64,000 nt of DNA from an uncultured Spirochaetota bacterium (lineage in GTDB: Bacteria; Spirochaetota; Brevinematia; Brevinematales; JAOACQ01). Of this stretch, positions 1 through 9,905 are shown piece by piece. The stretch covers positions 1,152,001 to 1,216,000 of the forward strand of contig CAVYGN010000002.1 of assembly GCA_963768055.1 (NCBI GenBank), read 5' to 3'. The notes beneath the pieces are model-generated. The model worked only from the letters and a program-made list of their open reading frames with translations. It was not told the DNA's origin and did not search any database. The position numbers and the translations under genes are program-made. Within the stretch, counting starts at the first letter, position 1. Each line of letters opens with the position of its first letter.

Positions 1-63
1 ATAATTTATTGAATTAATTATCGGGAATTGGTGAGGGGGAAATGAAAGATGAGGGGGAAAACG

Positions 64-395
64 TCAAAAGGGCATATTTGCAAGCATTCTTTTAATATAT
101 GAATTATCATCCTCCAGATCCAATTTCAATGACTTGCATTTAGGGCATCTGGGTTTTGCATTAAAGGTGAATTTTCCACCACATTTACATTTGCCAAGTA
201 TTGCAGAAATTTTCATCTCATATTCATTATCCGAGGAAATAATGTTTAACTCCCTAATTTTATACAATAATTTTCAGTAGTCTTTTCTTTGCCACATTTC
301 TTACAATGAAGCAATTCAAAGAACATGCTACCGCCTATCTTTACTTTAAATTTATGACCGCATTGTTTGCAAATAGCTTTGTAAAAATGTGCCAT
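64..395 (-). pseudogene. Zn-ribbon protein (CxxC motifs), split by a 1-nt frameshift
   Basis: ORFs 246..440 (ATG at 395 after AAGGA; CKQC, CKKC) and 64..267 (CKC, CPKC) join in frame if one A is added at GAAAATTA (~270-275). Confidence 0.7.
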
Positions 396-440
396 ATAAC
401 CATCCTTCTTTAATTTATAGCTTGCCTGGAAGGGTGTCAA

Positions 441-1702
441 TTAGTATTTATCAATACAACAACGTTTAAACTTCTTTCCACTGCCACAAGGACAGGGATC
501 ATTCCTGCCAATTTTATTCTTACCTGTTTGCATTTTGCTTAATTGATTATTTATACTTTCAACCAATGGAGAAAAATCCCCATCATTATATTTTACTTCG
601 TTATCAGCTCTTTTTTTTCACGCCTTAAATATTCATCTGCAAATTCGCCAATCTCCGGGATTTCTTTCCCTGATATTATTGAATATAACAATAATTCTTC
701 TTCTAAGTGTATAACTTGTCTGTCATAACCTTCATTTACTATATTCAGGGCATTTTGAATGAATTCTAATGAGAAAATATCATCAAGAGCTATGCAAAGA
801 TTAAGTTTGACCATATCATCTTTAGCGAATTTAAAAAGTTCAAGTATTATACTTTCAGTATTTTCAAAAACCATTTCTTTTAGAATTGAACATAATGCAA
901 TTTGATAATCATTATTTCCTGAGATAAACTCATCCTTGATAAAGGATAAATTATCTTGATTGATATTTTCTAAGATTATTGGATTTATAAGGCTGAGCAT
1001 TTGAAATGTTTCATCGTATTGATAGCATTTTATGATATCAGGGAAACAATCTTTTAGATTAAATTTAGAAGCCGTATAAGCATAAAGATACCATTTTAAC
1101 CAGGGTTGATCCGATTTAAAAGATTCGAAATATTGTTTTATAAACAAATCATATTTTGTATGTTCAAGAGACATCATTTTTTCAATTATTAAATGTCCAT
1201 GATTTAAATCCACTTCATTGTTATATTTATTTATATTTGATTCAATGAAATGGTTCAATTCATTCCATAATTCATCAATAGAATAAGATTTAATCTTATC
1301 TTCAAAACTTTTATATTTAGCTTTTCCCTTTTTCTTTTCATTTTTAATCAGCTTTATAAAGATGGCAGGAAAATTAGTGGCTTCTTTTAATAAATCAATT
1401 GGTTGCTCTAAAAACAAATGCGAGAGAAAATATCGAGAGTTGGCAAATTCTTCTTTGTTGCCTATATTTTCTAATATTTTAAATAGCTCATTAATGTTAT
1501 CTGCTGATAGATTTTGAATTGCTAGCAATCGTATAATTGGAACATTTTTCTCTACCCCAAAATAATTCAATGCTTTAATAGATTCCGATATTAGTTCGTT
1601 GCTTTGATATTTTGTATCAATAAAAAAACGTGCAATTTTGTTTCTAACTTCATCTGTTTTGTGTGTTAAAAATCTTGTTAAATATCCTGGTTGGAGAAGC
1701 AT
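441..1702 (-). pseudogene. Helical protein with a C-terminal SEC-C motif, frameshifted at an A8 run
   Basis: ORF 593..1702 continues in the -1 frame after the A8 tract (611-618) into ...[20 protein letters not shown], with a stop at 441-443. Confidence 0.8.
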
Positions 1703-1828
1703 TAAATACTCCGATTTTTTTCAAATATTATAAAACAATAACTGATACAAAAGCAAACAAGGGCTGAGTTTGCCTTAACCAATTCAATTTTCCACCATCC
1801 CTCAGTAGGCAAAGCAGAGGGGGAAGGA

Positions 1829-2236
1829 TTACCACATATACATAACTCTTTTTAAGATTTCCTCTTCATTCTTAAATCCAAATTTTTTATAAAATTCCTG
1901 GGCTGTTTGAGTTAATAAAAATAATCTTGCTCCTTTTAACTCATCATCATTTAAAATATATTCCATCAGTTTATGACCATATTTTTTATTTTGATATTCA
2001 GTTAAAATAAAAACATCACATAAATATGAAAATGTGCAATAATCAGATATCACTCTTGTGAACCCGATAAACTCGCCATTTAAAAGAAGGCTATAACACA
2101 AAGAATTTTCTATTGATTTTAATATTGTTTCCTGGCTTCTGTTTTTTGCCCAATATGATTCTTTTTGTAAATAATTTATCACTTTGACAGTATCAATTTT
2201 ATTTTTATCTTTGCTGATTATCAAATTGTCATCCAT
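1829..2236 (-). CDS. GNAT family N-acetyltransferase
   Basis: YWAKNRS..SIENSLC, GFTRVISD, LCDVFILTEYQNKKYG acetyl-CoA motif, FYKKFGF. Confidence 0.9.
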   Translation of the reverse strand: MDDNLIISKDKNKIDTVKVINYLQKESYWAKNRSQETILKSIENSLCYSLLLNGEFIGFTRVISDYCTFSYLCDVFILTEYQNKKYGHKLMEYILNDDELKGARLFLLTQTAQEFYKKFGFKNEEEILKRVMYMW

Positions 2237-2339
2237 AAAGCCTCCGAATCTACTTTTTCCTTTATTCTATCCCCTCCCGGCGCTTTTATCAAAAATTCAA
2301 TGGAGAATGGCAATAATGGGAAGAGACAACATTTTGCTT

Positions 2340-3008
2340 TTATAAACCAATTTTCAGCTTTTTCCTATTCATTTCATCTTCAAGATTAAAAGAAAACATC
2401 TTTATATTTATTCTTTTTCTTTTTAATTTATTTGATAATAATTTTATAAATATTCCATTGCCTTGCTCCAGACAAGTCTTATAAAGATTATTATTATAAT
2501 CCTTACGATTTAAGGAATTAATTGATAAACCCGAAATATATTGAAATGATTTCCACATACTTAAATTTGCATTTACACCACATGTAGGAGAGCCATCTAT
2601 TCCAACAATGCCGATAATTTCTAAACCTGAATTTATATAATCTTGAATTATCCTGATTGTTTTTGAAACAATTTGTGAATATATTAAGTAAGTATACCAA
2701 ATAAAAAACGGATAAATGAGTCTTATTACGATGTTGACCAATTTCCCTTTTGTATCAATTGACAACCAAATATAATTTTTTAATACGCCACCCCATGCTA
2801 TTTGTTCCGGACAACTTAGTTGAACAATACCACAATCTATTGTAGATAATTCTTTAAATATATTAGAATCTATTCCACTACAAAACGCCCCACCAAGATA
2901 ACGTGTATTTTCATTTAGAATACAGTGTGCTACAAATAAAATTTTCTTGCTTCTTTCATCTTTGAGTTTATTTACTAATACTTTAAGCTTTGCATTCATA
3001 GTATTCAC
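2340..3008 (-). CDS. DUF523/TudS-related (2-thiouracil desulfurase-like) Fe-S protein
   Basis: Motifs AHCILNEN, QLSCPE, GIDGSPTCGV, G.GIF. Confidence 0.7.
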   Translation of the reverse strand: MNTMNAKLKVLVNKLKDERSKKILFVAHCILNENTRYLGGAFCSGIDSNIFKELSTIDCGIVQLSCPEQIAWGGVLKNYIWLSIDTKGKLVNIVIRLIYPFFIWYTYLIYSQIVSKTIRIIQDYINSGLEIIGIVGIDGSPTCGVNANLSMWKSFQYISGLSINSLNRKDYNNNLYKTCLEQGNGIFIKLLSNKLKRKRINIKMFSFNLEDEMNRKKLKIGL

Positions 3009-3092
3009 CAGCTATTTTTATATTCGAAATTTCCTTCAAAAATTCTCATTCCATAATTGGCAGGCAAAACAGAGGAGTAGAAGTGCTAATTT

Positions 3093-3392
3093 TTATTTCT
3101 TAACTACATATTTTTTATTTATCTCATAAAGAGTTGGGTCATATATTTTTATTTCAATAATAAATCCTTCATAGGTCATAACTTCTTGTCCTAAAGTATC
3201 CCAATGAATTTTCCTTTTCCCTTGCTTTATTTTAGGTAATCTGCTTTCTTCATTGTCTTTTGCATTATCATTATAATAAATTTCAGATGCTAAACTAAAT
3301 CTAGGCTTCATTTTTAATACATCATCTGTAGTAGCTATAATTAATTTTTTATCAAGCTCATTTTGAATATTTCTTTTTGTGACCTCTTTCAT
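3093..3392 (-). CDS. Hypothetical protein
   Basis: Open frame co-oriented with its neighbours; no family recognised. Confidence 0.5.
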   Translation of the reverse strand: MKEVTKRNIQNELDKKLIIATTDDVLKMKPRFSLASEIYYNDNAKDNEESRLPKIKQGKRKIHWDTLGQEVMTYEGFIIEIKIYDPTLYEINKKYVVKK

Positions 3393-3617
3393 ATCAATTA
3401 TCTTCAAAGCAGAACCCCTATAAACAATTTTTTTTACCTATCCCCGTTCAAAGCAAGAGAAAGGAAGAGCCTATCGATAGTCGATTTGTAAAACAAACGA
3501 TACCATAGGTCAAAAACATTTACTGTCAGTTTTTAATGCTCTAATAATTGAATTGCATTTTAGTAATAATTCCTTTTCCCACAAACAACTATTGTCAAAC
3601 CTAAAATGAAATTGCGA

Positions 3618-3778
3618 TTATTCTTGCAATTCATTAATAAAATATTCATTCACAAATTTATCTATTTCGGTACTACCATTAAATTCTTTTTTTATTTTTA
3701 TTTCCCCTGGAGCAAATTTCATAATAGAAGAATTAGAGTCCTTTATACATAGAACTACGCAACCATTTTTAAATTCAG
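3618..3778 (-). pseudogene. 3' remnant of a gene truncated by IS21
   Basis: ORF 3618..3875 starts inside the IS left end; only the part outside the IS looks native. Confidence 0.55.
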
Positions 3779-3904
3779 TGTCCGGGGCCACCCAGATTCC
3801 CCAGTAAAAAGGCAAAATAGGGCCATGAGATTCCCCACCCACCTTTTCCTGTTCAGAATCTAAAAAATCAAACATACTCTCCGGAAAAAACCGGAGGGGA
3901 ATGG

Positions 3905-5446
3905 ATGGGGTACAGATTTATGAACGAACAGGATTACTATGACATTTACAGACGATGGAAAGCCGATCAAAGCATAAGTGAAATTTCCGAACAGGAAAAC
4001 AGGGATAGGAAAACAGTCCGACTAGCGATTCAAAAAATTATCGATTACGGCTTTGAAAAGGCGGGAGAAACAATAAGCCGGGAAGAATTCCATCTGAAAC
4101 GCCCCTTTGTAGGGCCTCCAAAAAATGAAAATAAGGCAAGCATACTTGAACGATATAAAGATGAGCTGTACGGGCTCATAAATGACCCGAAAAACGGAAT
4201 GAAACCCAAGACAGCCTTTGAAGTTGTCTGTATAAGGCATAATCTGGACATAAGCTATACAAGTTTCAAGAGATTCTCGATAAAGAGCGGCCTTACAGCT
4301 AAAGAATTAAAGGAAACCATCCGGATTGAAACTAACCCTGGTCAGGAGATCCAGCTTGACTACGGCAGGGCCGGCACAATGGAATACCTGGGGCACAACA
4401 AGATCGTGCAGTCTTTTATCGGAATAATGTCGAGTTCAAGGCTGCCATTTGTTCAATATGTCTATTCACAAAACCAGGAATCATTCGTTGAAAGCAATGT
4501 GGATATGCTGGAGTTTTACGGCGGTGTGCCTGTAAGAATATCCCTGGACAATCTGAAAACCGGCATCATATCACCGGACCTTTACGATCCTAAATATAAT
4601 CAGGCATATGCTGATTATGCGGAGTATTACAATACTTTTCTTGATCCTTGCAGGGTAAGGAAACCAAAGGATAAAGCCAAGATAGAGAGAATGGTCCCTG
4701 TTGCCAGAGAGCTTTTCAGAAAACTTAAAGCCCTTAATCCCGGAGCCTCGTTAAAGGAATTAAACATCAAAGCTCTGGAATGGTGCAGGTATGAATACGG
4801 GATGAGGAACCATGGAACAACAGGTTTGAAACCAATAGAGGTATTTGAAACGATAGAGAAGCCCCTGCTTAAGAAGCTTCCTGAAGAAAGGTTTAAGACT
4901 CCCGTATGGAAAAAGGCCAAGGTACACCCGGACCAATTTGTCCAGTTCGAGAAAAAGAGGTATTCCCTGCCTCCCAGGTATCGTGGAGAGGAAGTCTTTG
5001 TCAGGAGAACCGGCAATTTAGTGAAGATCTTCTTCCAGTACAAACTTATCCGGGAATTTGTCGTACCAAGAGGACATGCAGCATATGAAAAGACTGATTT
5101 TCCGGAGAATACAAGGGAGATGCTATCCGGGGGATACCCCAAGTATTTATTAGACCAGTCGAGGAAATACGGAGAAGCCGCATACCAGTTGATCTTTCAA
5201 ATCCTTGCTGTTCATGCTAATCTGAATTGCCGGAGGGCCCTGGGGTTCTTAAGTGTAATGGAAACATTCTCGAAAGAAGAATACTTTAATAAAGTCTGTG
5301 AAAGAGCAATATCGGCAAAAATAACCGATCCCAAACTATTCAAAAGCTGGATGGAAAATGAAGGAAAGGATAAACAGGACACCCTGTTTGAAATTTCAGA
5401 AGAAGGGTCTGAAATGACCAGGGACGGCAGCTATTACTTTCAATAG
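3905..5446 (+). CDS. istA: IS21 transposase
   Basis: PGQEIQLDYG, FYGGVP..DNLKT, KDKAKIER (DDE), VQFEKKRYSLP. Confidence 0.95.
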   Translation: MGYRFMNEQDYYDIYRRWKADQSISEISEQENRDRKTVRLAIQKIIDYGFEKAGETISREEFHLKRPFVGPPKNENKASILERYKDELYGLINDPKNGMKPKTAFEVVCIRHNLDISYTSFKRFSIKSGLTAKELKETIRIETNPGQEIQLDYGRAGTMEYLGHNKIVQSFIGIMSSSRLPFVQYVYSQNQESFVESNVDMLEFYGGVPVRISLDNLKTGIISPDLYDPKYNQAYADYAEYYNTFLDPCRVRKPKDKAKIERMVPVARELFRKLKALNPGASLKELNIKALEWCRYEYGMRNHGTTGLKPIEVFETIEKPLLKKLPEERFKTPVWKKAKVHPDQFVQFEKKRYSLPPRYRGEEVFVRRTGNLVKIFFQYKLIREFVVPRGHAAYEKTDFPENTREMLSGGYPKYLLDQSRKYGEAAYQLIFQILAVHANLNCRRALGFLSVMETFSKEEYFNKVCERAISAKITDPKLFKSWMENEGKDKQDTLFEISEEGSEMTRDGSYYFQ

Positions 5447-5464
5447 AGATAATGAGGAGGAAAT

Positions 5465-6211
5465 ATGGAACATCAGAATCAGCTTGAGGCAAACTTAAGG
5501 AGGTTAAAGCTTCCTGGGATGCTATTCAACCTTCCTATGCGGATCAGGGAGGCTCAAGAATCAAACCTGGACTATGGAGAATTTTTCTCTTTGTTAGTTC
5601 AGGATGAATTATGCCAGAGGGATAATAACATGCTCAAAAAGAGGCTGAGAGAAGCGAAGTTCGGCCAGGAAAACACTTTCGAGGGGTTTGATTTTAATTT
5701 CAATGAGAGCGCTATCCCTTCAAGGCTTATTCGTGAAATCGCGTCCTGCCGTTTCATGGATATGAGACAGTTTGTTGTCATCGCCGGGCCTCCCGGCATA
5801 GGTAAAACATGCATTGCAAAATCAGTCGGCCATGAGGCCTGCAGAAGAGGAAACACAGTTCTTTTCAAGAAAGCCGCGGTTCTTCTTGAAGACTTGAAAA
5901 GCGAAAAGCTTATGTTTAAGAATACTCTATTCAGAAAGTGTATTAAAACAGACCTCCTGATAATAGACGATTTCGGATTTAAAAAACTCGACAATGAAGA
6001 AACGGAATACCTATACCGGATTGTCGATGAAAGGCTTGGAAACAGGTCCATTATTCTGACAAGCAACCGGCCTCCGGAGGACTGGCTGGCAATCTTCCCT
6101 GATCCTGTGATTGGAGGGGCTATGCTTGACCGCCTTGTTTCAGGCTCAATTAAAATCCTGGTAAAATCCAAAGATGGAAAATCTTTCCGGAAGGAAGGGA
6201 AAACTATTTGA
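5465..6211 (+). CDS. istB: IS21 helper ATPase
   Basis: Walker A GPPGIGKT, LLIIDDFG, LTSNR, LDRL. Confidence 0.95.
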   Translation: MEHQNQLEANLRRLKLPGMLFNLPMRIREAQESNLDYGEFFSLLVQDELCQRDNNMLKKRLREAKFGQENTFEGFDFNFNESAIPSRLIREIASCRFMDMRQFVVIAGPPGIGKTCIAKSVGHEACRRGNTVLFKKAAVLLEDLKSEKLMFKNTLFRKCIKTDLLIIDDFGFKKLDNEETEYLYRIVDERLGNRSIILTSNRPPEDWLAIFPDPVIGGAMLDRLVSGSIKILVKSKDGKSFRKEGKTI

Positions 6212-6311
6212 AAGTTTTATGATTTCTCTCTAAAATCAAGAACGGTATTTTTCAGGAAAAGGTGGGGAATCTCATGCCCCTGCCACTGGGGAATCTACCC
6301 GGTCCTCGACA

Positions 6312-6660
6312 CGAAGATTTACAACTGCTTAAAGATGAAAAAATAGAAGCTACTCAAATTAGTATAATTAATATTGGTAATATAAATTCAACAAACTCTA
6401 TTATGGCTATAGGCACTAATATTAATCAGATCAGTAAAGATTCAATATTTAAAAATATAATTGAAAAAATTGATTCTGATATTATGAATAAAGAAGATAA
6501 AGAAGAATTGATTACCGCTGTAAAAAATATGGAAAAAAATAAAGATGATAAAGTATCTTTCAAAGAAGCATATAATAGTTTCTTAACGAAAATTAGCACC
6601 TATATGAATATAATTGCACCTTTTTTACCGTATTTAACTCAATATTTTATACCACAATAA
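6312..6660 (+). pseudogene. 3' remnant of a gene truncated by IS21
   Basis: ORF 6262..6660 starts within the IS right end; the helical C-terminal part lies outside it. Confidence 0.6.
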
Positions 6661-6684
6661 ATAATTGGAAAATTATTATGCTAT

Positions 6685-6831
6685 CATTTTCAGCATTCCT
6701 TCGCAAACGCCATGATCGGCAAGACAGGAAAGCTAAAAGCCGTGTCGGAGTACTTGGGACACTTCTCGACAGCTATTACCATGGACGTCTATCTTCACGA
6801 GAATCTGACATCCAGCGATCTGTTCGGATAA
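6685..6831 (+). pseudogene. Tyrosine recombinase/integrase C-terminal relic
   Basis: Hand translation HFQHSFANAMIGKTGKLKAVSEYLGHFSTAITMDVYLHE matches the HxxRH...LGH...T..Y box; catalytic R appears as Q; no N-terminus. Confidence 0.8.
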
Positions 6832-6855
6832 AAATTGTTTGTTATTGAGAATCTA

Positions 6856-7494
6856 TCAGCTAACTAACCACTCAATAAGTTTTGAAAGAGAATCTAAATG
6901 TTTTATTTTTTTATTTTCCTGAGATGGGCCTCTCATAGAACTCCGCATACCCATTCCTCTTTGGTTAGCTCCTGGTAAATCATCATTTATTTCTAAGCCC
7001 TGGATAGCAACATTATCTGATTTTATTTCTTTTATTTTCGAGATTGCCGATTCAAGGTTGCTATATTGAATTTGTAATAGCATTATTGCCGATTCAATTT
7101 CCCCAATATTGCCAGTCTTAAAAAAACCTCTTTGATCGATAACTGAGTCAAATGTATAGCCCCATGTTTTTGTGAAGTTATTTCCTGAGACTTTTGATAC
7201 TAATTTTCCTCTAAAGGGCTCTATTGTCAGTTCATAAATATCATCACCATATTTTGCCATCAATGAATTTTCATTACCGCCAGTTATAGTATATCCTACT
7301 TCATCAAATGATTTGTGCAATTCATCCTTTACTTCTTTATTAAAAGTGTCAGATAGTGCTCGCATCAAATTACCATATTCTTTAGTTCTTTCATCAACTT
7401 TACTCATCAATGCACTAAACTCCTTCTTTACTCCTTCAAACTTATCCGCATTCTTACGTTTTTCTTCTAGTATTTTTTTAGCTTCATTATTCAC
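6856..7494 (-). CDS. Hypothetical protein, fourth gene of the TAC operon
   Basis: GTG start with GAGGAG RBS, 11 nt after the SecB-like stop; helical N-terminus. Confidence 0.7.
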   Translation of the reverse strand: MNNEAKKILEEKRKNADKFEGVKKEFSALMSKVDERTKEYGNLMRALSDTFNKEVKDELHKSFDEVGYTITGGNENSLMAKYGDDIYELTIEPFRGKLVSKVSGNNFTKTWGYTFDSVIDQRGFFKTGNIGEIESAIMLLQIQYSNLESAISKIKEIKSDNVAIQGLEINDDLPGANQRGMGMRSSMRGPSQENKKIKHLDSLSKLIEWLVS

Positions 7495-7505
7495 AATTTT
7501 CTCCT

Positions 7506-7961
7506 CTACTTTTTATTTTTCTCATTATTGAAATATTCAACAAAATTGTAAACTGGTAATATATATGTACCGTTAGGAAACATACTTGATATATTCATTA
7601 AATATCCTCGTGCGACTCCATACAAAATTGAAGAACCATTTAAGCAAATCAAATTATTGACTTCATTTTTATCTTCATTATCATCTTTTTTAGAAATTTT
7701 AAAATATCCCGATATAAGCATTTCATAATAAAAAGGGATGTTTTTTAAATTTTCTTCCTTAATATCTCCTTTTTTAATATCTTCCTGATTAATTATTGTC
7801 ATTTGAATTTGGAACAAAGAGTTGTCATCTTTATTGATTTTGATATCTATTTTTAGTTTAAGATTTTCCTTTTCAGGAGATAAATTTTGATCATAGGACA
7901 TGTTATAAAATGATCTTATGAATAAAACTTTAGAATCTATTATTTCAAGTTTGGAAGTCAT
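7506..7961 (-). CDS. SecB-like chaperone
   Basis: PFYYEMLISGYF, LNGSSILYGVARGYLMNISS..P.G.YILP.NF match the SecB helix and C-terminal LP motif; directly downstream of an HTH antitoxin. Confidence 0.8.
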   Translation of the reverse strand: MTSKLEIIDSKVLFIRSFYNMSYDQNLSPEKENLKLKIDIKINKDDNSLFQIQMTIINQEDIKKGDIKEENLKNIPFYYEMLISGYFKISKKDDNEDKNEVNNLICLNGSSILYGVARGYLMNISSMFPNGTYILPVYNFVEYFNNEKNKK

Positions 7962-7973
7962 GAATCCCTCTTT

Positions 7974-8342
7974 TTATAAAAATAATAAAGCCGGGGATGT
8001 CGCCCCGCAAATGTGAGGCGACTTCCTTATAGACTCATAATTTTTTAAATCTTTAACGGAATATTTCGGTTCCAATTTAACAATAAGATTGAATCCGACA
8101 GCATCCGCAACCTTAACCATCGTTTCAATGGTCATGTTAGTGATTCCATTCAATAGCTTAGTAATATAAGCCGAACTAACTCCTAATTGCTTGGCAAGGC
8201 CTTTTTTCTTTATTCCATCTTCGTACATTTTTTTGGCGATGTTGAAAGCAAAGTCTATAGCAATAGACGCAGTTACGAAAGACGGATCATTAACCGCAGC
8301 CCTTTTGCCAACATCATCCACATTACCCATAAATTCCTCCAT
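7974..8342 (-). CDS. XRE/HigA-type HTH antitoxin with C-terminal extension
   Basis: KKGLAKQLGVSSAYITKLLNGITNMTIETMVKVADAVG helix-turn-helix. Confidence 0.88.
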   Translation of the reverse strand: MEEFMGNVDDVGKRAAVNDPSFVTASIAIDFAFNIAKKMYEDGIKKKGLAKQLGVSSAYITKLLNGITNMTIETMVKVADAVGFNLIVKLEPKYSVKDLKNYESIRKSPHICGATSPALLFL

Positions 8343-8378
8343 AATACTCCTAAAGATAAATAATAACTATCACATAAA

Positions 8379-8795
8379 CTATAACGAATACTTTTTTATT
8401 AATTTCTGCGCCCTGCTTATACAATCATTATCCTCCTTTGAATTTTTATTATTGTCTTTTTTATAAGGGACTAACATTACTATATCATTGCCGCTCATGC
8501 AAAATAAAATTCTTACATGCGCCTGAGTACATTCGAATTTAGGAATTTTTGGTTTTGTTGCTGTCTTTCTTATGAATGTCCCTAATTTGAGCATAAGATC
8601 ATATCCTTCGTCCGCTGTTTTTATTATCTTTCCATGAATAAGATCAAATGCTTCCACCTTTAACCCATCTAAAAATTCTTTAACAGTATTTCTGGTTCCA
8701 TCGCAAAGACAATATACCTTGTGAACGCGTCCGGTATAGTACAATTTCAATTTACTTTCTATATCGCCTTTGCTCATATCGTCACATCTGTACAT
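8379..8795 (-). CDS. RelE/HigB (Gp49-like) toxin, putative
   Basis: VKEFL..L, RILFCMSGNDIVML.P.KK..K....I.RA pattern; toxin-first position upstream of the HTH gene. Confidence 0.65.
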   Translation of the reverse strand: MYRCDDMSKGDIESKLKLYYTGRVHKVYCLCDGTRNTVKEFLDGLKVEAFDLIHGKIIKTADEGYDLMLKLGTFIRKTATKPKIPKFECTQAHVRILFCMSGNDIVMLVPYKKDNNKNSKEDNDCISRAQKLIKKYSL

Positions 8796-8797
8796 AT

Positions 8798-8826
8798 AAC
8801 TTAACTTATAAGTTAAATTTTGTCAA
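8798..8826 (-). promoter_or_regulatory. TAC operon promoter with palindromic operator
   Basis: TTGACA-17nt-TAAGTT overlapping the perfect palindrome TTAACTTATAAGTTAA (8801-8816). Confidence 0.65.
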
Positions 8827-8864
8827 TAGGTTTGTTAATTATATTTTCAGGGGATAATCATTAT

Positions 8865-9023
8865 AAATTTTGCCCTATATAGGCCTCCAGTTTCCCCGTC
8901 TCATGGCCATATAAATTCTCGTAGAGTTATTCGCCGGAGCGTAGAATTAGAATTTTGCGACAATTCCGGTGGTTTCCCTAAAATCCTTAACGTGCTATTT
9001 TTCCCGAATTCTGCGTTCACCCC
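8865..9023 (-). mobile_element. Orphan Tn3-family end: 38-bp IR (8986-9023) plus ~120 bp subterminal sequence
   Basis: rc GGGGTGAACGCAGAATTCGGGAAAAATAGCACGTTAAG; subterminal part homologous to 22763-22920 and 26708-26838. Confidence 0.85.
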
Positions 9024-9049
9024 AAGTACTTTCTCAATTCATATTCTTT

Positions 9050-9370
9050 CTATTTCTTCCTTTTCACTACTTCTTTCATCTCTCTTCCGGGTTTGAAGTA
9101 TGGAGATTTTCTTTCTGGGACTTTTACTACCTCGCCCGTCTTTGGATTTCTTGCTTTCCTGGCCTTCCTTTGCTTTATTCCAAAAGTCCCTAACCCTCGC
9201 AGCTCGATCCGATCTCCAGTTCTTAGATTCAAAACGAATCCTTTCAGCTTGTCTATAAATTTAGAGATGATTGTTGAGATTTCTTTTTTTGAAATTCCAA
9301 ATTCTTTAATCTCATTGTCTTCAAAAACAAGTTCTACAAGATCAAGTTTTGTGTAAGCTCTTTTAGACAT
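9050..9370 (-). CDS. HU/IHF family DNA-binding protein
   Basis: IELRGLGTF, RKARKARNPKTGEVVKVP, PYFKPG signature. Confidence 0.93.
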   Translation of the reverse strand: MSKRAYTKLDLVELVFEDNEIKEFGISKKEISTIISKFIDKLKGFVLNLRTGDRIELRGLGTFGIKQRKARKARNPKTGEVVKVPERKSPYFKPGREMKEVVKRKK

Positions 9371-9430
9371 ATAAAACCCCAATATTGAAATTCTAATGGA
9401 AATGATTGATTATCGAAGTATTATATTATA

Positions 9431-9570
9431 AATGTGGAAGCGGGACAAGAAAAACTGGTATTACTGCTTAATATGGCTACTTGTCAGTACATGACACGAA
9501 TGCTCCCATAGGGCCTAGTATGGGGCATATGAACGTGGTAGAAGTGTTAAAAGAGGCTGGGGCGAAATAG
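9431..9570 (+). pseudogene. Ankyrin-repeat protein C-terminal relic
   Basis: Hand translation ...GHMNVVEVLKEAGAK*; upstream frame disrupted. Confidence 0.45.
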
Positions 9571-9905
9571 ATGACTTCCAAACTAGGGCGAGGATCCCCG
9601 ACAGTCCTTACACAGGATCGGGAAGATGGTTCGGAACCTTCACATGGACGGCTGGCAGGGGTCTAATTTCGACGGCCTGAAGGCGGACGTGAAAAAGATC
9701 GTCGAGGGGATGAAGTAAGGGAGCAAAACCCCAAAGGAACGCCGTTTTGCCCCGCCACAGCCTCTCTTTTGCCTTCTCATGTAATATTTTCTTCCTACGA
9801 ATGAAGGCCGCCGGAGGGCTAAAAAGAGGGTAATATGAAATGCATGAGAACTCCCGGACGCTTCAAGAATATTTTGAATAAGCTTATAAATCTTTTTTAA
9901 CGCAA

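Larger units (their letters stand above)
3779..6311 (+). mobile_element. IS21-family element (copy 1)
   Basis: TG...CA ends; left TGTCCGGGGCCACCCAGATTCCCCAGT vs right (rc) TGTCGAGGACCGGGTAGATTCCCCAGT; repeated AGATTCCCCA subterminal boxes; istAB; no flanking direct repeat. Confidence 0.92.

Noticed and set aside
4022..6171. Antisense ORFs within istAB, and similar ones inside other long genes
   Set aside because: They shadow well-supported genes on the opposite strand and have no motifs
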